In this document: positions 58,801-63,798 of the stretch, in pieces
How the letters are laid out: the number at the start of each line of letters is the position of its first letter
Position numbering within the stretch: position 1 is the stretch's first letter
From: an uncultured virus (IMG/VR IMGVR_UViG_3300020460_001009)
Lineage: Duplodnaviria; Heunggongvirae; Uroviricota; Caudoviricetes
Length of the DNA stretch: 63,798 nt
Reading direction: 5' to 3' (one strand)
IMG/VR virus record: IMGVR_UViG_3300020460_001009
Program-made: the position numbers and the translations under genes
The notes under the pieces: generated by a model
What the model saw: the letters and a program-made list of their open reading frames with translations, nothing else
What the model was told of the DNA's origin: nothing
Database searches by the model: none

Positions 58801-59114
58801 TTTGGTAGTTCATATATAACTCTTTCCGGTTGTTTAAATCGTATACACAATTCCACGTCAGATTCAACTTCTCCAGTTAAAATCCTTCCATTTTCATAAA
58901 TCGACTCCGTCATCCATTCCAAAACATCATCCCATCCTGCAAACTCATGTCCATAAGATGCGACCGGAGAAACAAGAATTTTGGTACCTGACCTAACATT
59001 AAAAGACTCATTTGAAGTGAGTATATGAGTTTCACCATCCAAAATCAACTCAACATAACCCTCTCCCACATGAGAACCAAACTCAATCTTCAAATTAAAA
59101 ATATCAATACTCAT
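55875..59114 (-). CDS. Large acidic protein with InlB-B-repeat-like motifs; putative structural protein
   Basis: 1079-aa ORF; VSPVASYGHEFAGW and LVASPKHGYEFTG repeats; no signal peptide evident. Confidence 0.65.
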   Translation of the reverse strand: MSIDIFNLKIEFGSHVGEGYVELILDGETHILTSNESFNVRSGTKILVSPVASYGHEFAGWDDVLEWMTESIYENGRILTGEVESDVELCIRFKQPERVIYELPKSQDVDLATEEVSVTPQYGKLNIRNQTGGSFILRTNDLSVMKKSDKFLEYTVEVGTSVQLVASPKHGYEFTGITGNASWLVSGYGKMRGGDYYITVEFEEKSIVSDEEVVIDEEVLDDTSVDHIIQPKSRLTPEQTETPDEYSSYLSFGRIDASKIPVASDLPEISVTSDVPSDPVEILLEFKEGHYKWGPWYYVNDHVFHDLVLLRGTTYKFSVVGDKIEGDILDEHTNTYDLSTEGGSGISVTDDLYFTPNENTPNELSYKLRVDSSSIRGSRIQGSVLGKIHIRTGHQYGRLISYGYVKDANVSYKINEQEFTSTSTSTPTGTFRIGLAPTDVIRNMSLTEGHDALSNVPIRVNYETIDGAMQLNALTTLLNRYGRNTQSVHVKQQSLKYNLGINFECDLLNDDPIDQILQGNLQYIVMYKKLIIVNALMSFIEYIGKTNSFNPNTFFGTSEFQFGDATMIGELLSKLYNQHQIPETLSSVSEVLANLFGWVNNLDTEIYIPNWYKLFTFGRVFEQYYLEELRRTLDGESMSAAMDAWNNFTTKLETASDGVLIPEVPDYAIIDMGTECDRMSSVLLSPIMKVPLTEDFFKKITNGKTLHINMIRYMYGGVVSAKYGEESACYKISTFPNEYDPSIPVFPGDITNYSYESIDACCSELPDNVYPDPTPATDAVDIFSIKLVESGDSNVMYEKTITTKNHPIEYLGNDEYRLYLNESVLGGGIPEASPGYCIIPKKYATPMEQRYLKLGYNSEINVKQIFLATLDKTVIDINFTMMSQRGLMSCYALGEVTLTAGDTVTFSNSSDGKIDGEFLVAAVSSSTLFTVFVNMEATETVDEYTALTAKLTSFGGTRIYCDVSGLSVGDSVVFDKTTQGLSYNIDFIGSEQGLGSYFSVFRVLPTDVKRVVKSHVIDDDSEVVEFMYTGKTQYYSVSGANMSTERVWLTYDPDISPMGRKNHIVSYIQFFYNQLDWEG

Positions 59115-59142
59115 TTTAAATAATTACCCAATAAGTTCAGTT

Positions 59143-62100
59143 TTAACCACTCGTTTCAGTTGTCGTTGGTGGTTCACATGCCCCACTTGTAATTTCTATA
59201 TCAAACATACCAATTGGATCCGGTACACCCCCACCATCCTGTGTGATTGGGCTATAGAAAGATGCCTCATGTGTACCCAGTGGACATAATTGTTCATGTA
59301 TTGGAAGAAGTTTAACTGTTGGTGGTAAAGCAATTGCCGACATGGTTAATCCGTGCCAAGGCCACTCATGTCCCAGTAGAAAAACTGCCTCATTAAAGTC
59401 ACCCTCACCCGGAGCATAATAATAATACCCATATCCCTCACGAACTACCATGCCTCCAGGTAAAGTTTGTGTTTCGTTTGTCTCTGTTTCAACAAGTTTC
59501 TCTGCTGACTCGAAATATGTCATAAACTGACCACCGGACTCAAGAATTTCTTCCGCCCACACAAACGTTGCACCATTGAAAGGAGTCACCGAACTATAAT
59601 CCCCTCCATCATTCGGTACGGTAAATGACACACAAAACTCATCACATTGTGGAATGGGTGGTGTTGGGGTTTGAGTCGGTGTTGGAGTCGGTGTTGGAGT
59701 CGTATCTACAGAACCACAAACTCCAGCATTGATTGCTCCCACTTCGTTCGCCCAACCTGAAAGTTCGGGTGAACTTACTGTAGCCGCAGAGTCAATGGTA
59801 AACACAAAACTAGATATAGTTCCTACACTCTCCCAAGTTTGTGTTAACTTTGCTAATCTCCATTGTGGGGTTGTATCACTCGTCTTTGCGATAAGATACC
59901 AGTAGTCATTGATTCCACCGGATACCGAAACGTGCGTTGGACTTCTCCAGTACGGATGTCCATTATAAATTCCTTGATATGACCATGTACCTACTTGCGA
60001 TGATAAATAACCATATACAGTTGTAGTTCCTGAAAGGCAAATCGGAGAGTTTGTTGAAGCTGCAGTACCTGCTGGCATTTGTGTGGGAGTCAATGTGGGA
60101 GTTGGGGTTGGAGTAGGAGTCGGTGTTGGGGTTGGAGTTGCAGTCCAATCAAAAAGATAATCAAATTCAGGATATTTTATATTCACATAATGCAAAAACC
60201 AACGTGGGTCATTCAAATGTCCTGGGTCTGGACTACTAGTTAAATATGGTGCATCCGGAGAGTCCCAATACTTCCACATATCAATGTCTTGAAAATTATC
60301 CGATACATTAAACGTAAACGATGTCACCTCACCACATGAATCGTATGCAACCTTCGTACCCTCCAGTCCATATAACATCTCATTCACAATAAACGAATTA
60401 TCCGTGGTCAATATAACTTCACTGGGTATCCCCTTTGCAGGATCGGAAAATATAACCATATCACCCACATTGGGAAGGTCACCTGAAACCGTCACCTCCG
60501 TTCCGAGAATATATGAGATTTCTCCTTGAGTTGGTCCAGAATCAATTGCTTGGGGTGATGTGTGGGACGTTCGTAATACCCAACCATCCCACCAATATAA
60601 AGTATATTTGACACCATCAATTCTAACCAAATATCCGTTGCCGTCTTGTGGAAAGTCCGATGAGTTTGAGAATGTAATATACCACTCATCCCATGTCGAG
60701 ACACCAGATTGAATTGTACCAGTAAGTTCTTTTTGTGTGGATTCCAGTATGTCACATACACACCCAGAATCTGATGGTGGAACAAATCCGAGAGTAATTG
60801 TTGCAATAGTTCCTTCCGAATTTCTATCAAGAACACCAAACCAATCAACATGACCCGTTTCTGCACCAGGAGCAAGTTGTTTATGTGGGTATATCGTATA
60901 AACACTACCGTCCTTCACATACGGAAATTCCTCAATAGAACACTGATCCTTCACCAACCACTTTGCTCCACCTGCAATTCCATTTAGTGCATTTTCACGA
61001 ATACCATACACAAAAACATATGGGTCTGGAGATGGGGTTGGGGTCTGCGTAGGAGTTGGAGTTGGAGTTGGAGTTGGAGTTGGAGTTGGTGAGGATGTGG
61101 ATGTTGGTGAAGATTTTATATCACAACACTCATCTGTAAGTCTACCATTGTCGGAAGACCCCGAGGTTGTATACGTGAATCCTGGAATATCAAGAAATTC
61201 CGTACCAGATTTTAATATAACAATATATGATTTTCCACACCCCATCTCAGTAAAGTGTTGAAATCCATCCCACGCAGGTGGTAATGTCCCATCAAATCTA
61301 CGATATGATTGTCCATCGGTTCTAACCTGATATACTCTGAATATCACGTCTCTTGGTGAATATGTCTTTAATTGATATATCCGCACCTCACCCACACAGG
61401 TTTGGCACGACGTATTTCCTGGTATCCCAGATATAATCCGAGTTCCATCCGAGTTGATTGCAACATGATATCCAAGTTCACCCGAACCAACGTCTCCCTC
61501 AACTAAGTCACCTATTTGCGACCACTCGTCACCAGTCCAATCATATACACGAATACTACCCGAATCTACCAATCCATTCCCATCACTTAATCTAGATCCC
61601 ACGACAATACGGTCACCTGAGTTATCTATATCCACACTATTACCAGAATGCCCGAGTTCGAAAGTTCCCACAATCGGTTCACCCATTAAACTCCAAGTCT
61701 GACCGTCGAGCTCATATACACGTGTACTTCCTACCTGCGTTTCTCCCTCGTCAGGTGATCCAACCACAATTCGGTTACCCGCACTATTTAACGCAACACT
61801 TGCACCAAGTTGACTTACACCTACCCCATCAATAGAATCCCCAATCCGAATCCACTCACTATCCGACCAAGAATATACAACAACCGATCCTGATTGGTCT
61901 GACATATCCGCACCAATAACAAGAGTATCCCCCGCAGAATTCAATGAAACACTTGTTCCAAAATAATCCCCCTCGGATTCTCCAGTAAGATATTCCCCAA
62001 GTTGTTGCCATGTATCAAGTGATTGATTGTATGTGTATACTGCAACACTTCCCCGTGAATTATCCGTACCAACCAAACCAACGGCAACTATATCACCCGT

Positions 62101-62649
62101 ATCATTCAGTGAAACACTTGTTCCGGACCATGCGTACTCATCAGGTCCATTAATATCTGCACCTAGTTGTGTCCAACCGGAGTTTGTATGCTTGTATATG
62201 CGAATATGACCCGAATCTGTTCCAGACCCGTCATTACCAGTTGCTCCGATTGCAACTCTATCTCCGGCAGAATTAATAGAAACACTAATACCACTATTAT
62301 CGTCAGGGGACTCTCCTACGATGTCATCACCAATCTGATTCCATGTATTACCACTCAATTCATATACACGCACAAGTCCATAGTCATAATGAACATATTC
62401 CCACGGCTCCTCACCCGAAACAATTTCCCCCCAATATGGAGCACCCACGACTACACGGTCACCATCCGAGTTTATTGCCACACTATACCCAAGTTTATCT
62501 CCAGGAGCCTGACCAAATATACTACCCCCCACTTGCAACCACTCATGTATAGTTGCAGTTAAATCATAAGTATCACATTCCTCCGTACACATACCATACC
62601 ACCCAGAATGTATGTTTAACCGATCAGATTTTTGTTGTAAAATTGCCAT
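59143..62649 (-). CDS. FG-GAP (integrin-alpha-like) beta-propeller protein with Pro-Thr linkers; putative virion fibre or adhesin
   Basis: Seven GxSVxxNxxGDRxxVG-type repeats; three PT tracts; Cys-flanked modules. Confidence 0.82.
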   Translation of the reverse strand: MAILQQKSDRLNIHSGWYGMCTEECDTYDLTATIHEWLQVGGSIFGQAPGDKLGYSVAINSDGDRVVVGAPYWGEIVSGEEPWEYVHYDYGLVRVYELSGNTWNQIGDDIVGESPDDNSGISVSINSAGDRVAIGATGNDGSGTDSGHIRIYKHTNSGWTQLGADINGPDEYAWSGTSVSLNDTGDIVAVGLVGTDNSRGSVAVYTYNQSLDTWQQLGEYLTGESEGDYFGTSVSLNSAGDTLVIGADMSDQSGSVVVYSWSDSEWIRIGDSIDGVGVSQLGASVALNSAGNRIVVGSPDEGETQVGSTRVYELDGQTWSLMGEPIVGTFELGHSGNSVDIDNSGDRIVVGSRLSDGNGLVDSGSIRVYDWTGDEWSQIGDLVEGDVGSGELGYHVAINSDGTRIISGIPGNTSCQTCVGEVRIYQLKTYSPRDVIFRVYQVRTDGQSYRRFDGTLPPAWDGFQHFTEMGCGKSYIVILKSGTEFLDIPGFTYTTSGSSDNGRLTDECCDIKSSPTSTSSPTPTPTPTPTPTPTQTPTPSPDPYVFVYGIRENALNGIAGGAKWLVKDQCSIEEFPYVKDGSVYTIYPHKQLAPGAETGHVDWFGVLDRNSEGTIATITLGFVPPSDSGCVCDILESTQKELTGTIQSGVSTWDEWYITFSNSSDFPQDGNGYLVRIDGVKYTLYWWDGWVLRTSHTSPQAIDSGPTQGEISYILGTEVTVSGDLPNVGDMVIFSDPAKGIPSEVILTTDNSFIVNEMLYGLEGTKVAYDSCGEVTSFTFNVSDNFQDIDMWKYWDSPDAPYLTSSPDPGHLNDPRWFLHYVNIKYPEFDYLFDWTATPTPTPTPTPTPTPTLTPTQMPAGTAASTNSPICLSGTTTVYGYLSSQVGTWSYQGIYNGHPYWRSPTHVSVSGGINDYWYLIAKTSDTTPQWRLAKLTQTWESVGTISSFVFTIDSAATVSSPELSGWANEVGAINAGVCGSVDTTPTPTPTPTQTPTPPIPQCDEFCVSFTVPNDGGDYSSVTPFNGATFVWAEEILESGGQFMTYFESAEKLVETETNETQTLPGGMVVREGYGYYYYAPGEGDFNEAVFLLGHEWPWHGLTMSAIALPPTVKLLPIHEQLCPLGTHEASFYSPITQDGGGVPDPIGMFDIEITSGACEPPTTTETSG

Positions 62650-62670
62650 CTTACTTCGTGGGTCGTTACT

Positions 62671-63798
62671 CTACGTTACCTTCGTTAAAATATTCACCTC
62701 ACCAGGATTGGTCAAATTGCCGATATAACACGCACCTGTTGTGGGTGACTGATAAGTTACTTGGTCACTATCATCAAATGATCCAATTATGGTAACCACT
62801 CCTTGTATCCCATCTTCACTCGTAGCAACAAAAAAGTCTAAGGGAGCTCCTGTTATATTAATTTTATTAAAACACAGTATCCCACCTTCCTCAAATGCGT
62901 TGGTGTCCAATCCATCAGGATTATCCTGCTCAATTTCCATACTACCTGTTGTCTCAATTCCGTGTGAATACCCATTCCCAAGACAACATTCTGGGAATGG
63001 GAACGGTATTGGAGTTGGAGTTGGAGTTGGTGATGGTGTCGGAGTTGGTGTCGGAGTTGGAGTTGGAGTTGGGGTTGGTGGCTCCTCACCACATCCATAT
63101 TCACCAAATTTCATATTTTCAAAATACACAGGATTTGAAACACCATCCGTGGTCCAGACTTCATCATGTGGACACGAAATATCTTCAGATAATGGTGGGT
63201 GGGAATATACTACCGCATATTGACCAGTACCAATATCCTCGGTAGGTGGCCTCGTAGTAAATTGCCAACGAAATTCATTTTCCCAGTCAGTCTCACCGGC
63301 AATACCATAATTAACATTACCCACTCGGATGTAATGTCCCTCGGAAGTCTCATTTTTCCAATAGTGATATCCACCCACATCATATCCCCCATATGAGTAT
63401 GTCCCATTGAAAACTGAATATCCCTCTGTTATCCCACTAACACAATATCTGTTTGGTTTGCACTCCCACCACTCAGGAGTCGGTGTTGGAGTCGGAGTCG
63501 GGGTTGGTGTCGGTGTTGGAGTCGGAGTCGGGGTTGGTGTCGGTGTTGGAGTCGGTGTCGGGGTTGGTGTTGGAGTCGGGGTTGGTGTTGGTGTCGGTGT
63601 TGGAGTCGGTGTCGGGGTTGGTGTTGGAGTCGGGGTCGGGGTCGGGGTTGGAGTCGGGGTTGGTGTTGGAGTTGGGGTTGGAGTCACGGTTTCGGAAGGT
63701 GTTGGACTAGAAGTTGGAGTCGGGGTTGGAGTCGGGGTCTGCGTTGGAGTCGGTGTTGGAGTCGGGGTCTGCGTTGGAGTCGGTGTTGGTGTCGGTGT
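62671..63798 (-). CDS. Pro-Thr repeat (mucin-like) protein, 5'-truncated by the window edge
   Basis: Frame stays open past 63687 (…[15 protein letters not shown]…) to the window end; about 70-residue PT run followed by Cys-containing modules. Confidence 0.85.
   Translation of the reverse strand, partial: TPTPTPTPTQTPTPTPTPTQTPTPTPTPTSSPTPSETVTPTPTPTPTPTPTPTPTPTPTPTPTPTPTPTPTPTPTPTPTPTPTPTPTPTPTPTPTPTPTPTPTPTPTPEWWECKPNRYCVSGITEGYSVFNGTYSYGGYDVGGYHYWKNETSEGHYIRVGNVNYGIAGETDWENEFRWQFTTRPPTEDIGTGQYAVVYSHPPLSEDISCPHDEVWTTDGVSNPVYFENMKFGEYGCGEEPPTPTPTPTPTPTPTPSPTPTPTPIPFPFPECCLGNGYSHGIETTGSMEIEQDNPDGLDTNAFEEGGILCFNKINITGAPLDFFVATSEDGIQGVVTIIGSFDDSDQVTYQSPTTGACYIGNLTNPGEVNILTKVT
63475..63798 (-). 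repeat. Hexamer (Pro-Thr) coding repeat with 30-bp higher-order units
   Basis: Exact 30-mers at 63481-63510 and 63511-63540, near-exact at 63541-63570; a second pair at 63721-63780. Confidence 0.95.

Noticed and set aside
501..63710. Many short plus-strand and alternative-frame ORFs, including Val-Gly and Leu-Glu repeat ORFs (55127..55657, 62789..63223, 62895..63245, 63453..63710)
   Set aside because: They lie antisense to or inside convincing genes; the repeat ORFs are shadows of the PT tracts.
1..63798. Eukaryotic giant virus (suggested by GT77, GME, NRS/ER and the AT-rich palindrome)
   Set aside because: Clear Shine-Dalgarno sites and overlapping stop/start operon structure point to prokaryotic translation.
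63475..63798. CRISPR array or non-coding satellite
   Set aside because: No spacers; the repeat varies at third codon positions in an open Pro-Thr frame.
1..63798. tRNA, rRNA, integrase, transposase, intron or reverse transcriptase
   Set aside because: None recognised; intergenic gaps are short and AT-rich. A tRNAscan/Infernal run would confirm.

Overview
AT-rich, densely packed window in which every credible gene but one lies on the minus strand. Positions 1-52.7 kb hold about 60 glycan-related genes: 30+ glycosyltransferase-like genes (GT2, GT6, GT7, GT11, GT23-like, GT25 x5, GT32 x3, GT47, GT61, GT77 x4, GT92-like, DUF6625 x2, DUF6492, DUF5672, RgpF-like, WavQ-like), seven sulfotransferase domains, nucleotide-sugar enzymes (RmlA, RmlB, a bifunctional-type RmlD, a GDP-mannose 3,5-epimerase-like enzyme, a 4-epimerase, DegT plus GNAT) and tailoring enzymes (kinase, ATP-grasp, methyltransferase, esterases, 2OG-Fe oxygenase, DUF1796 x4). 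One GHKL ATPase is embedded among them. No flippase, polymerase, ABC exporter or other evident membrane protein is present. Positions 52.8-63.8 kb encode large acidic proteins with dockerin-like, CBM-like and FG-GAP domains and long mucin-like Pro-Thr tracts; the four complete ones show no signal peptide. Shine-Dalgarno sites, ATGA-type overlaps and a strand-specific ATATTTAT(A/T) upstream motif suggest a large (jumbo) phage late region. This is inference, because no hallmark phage gene is in the window. Working hypothesis: a virus-encoded system that builds a sulfated glycan coat on mucin-like virion proteins and diversifies by cassette exchange. Family calls come from motif recognition by eye, not from searches.
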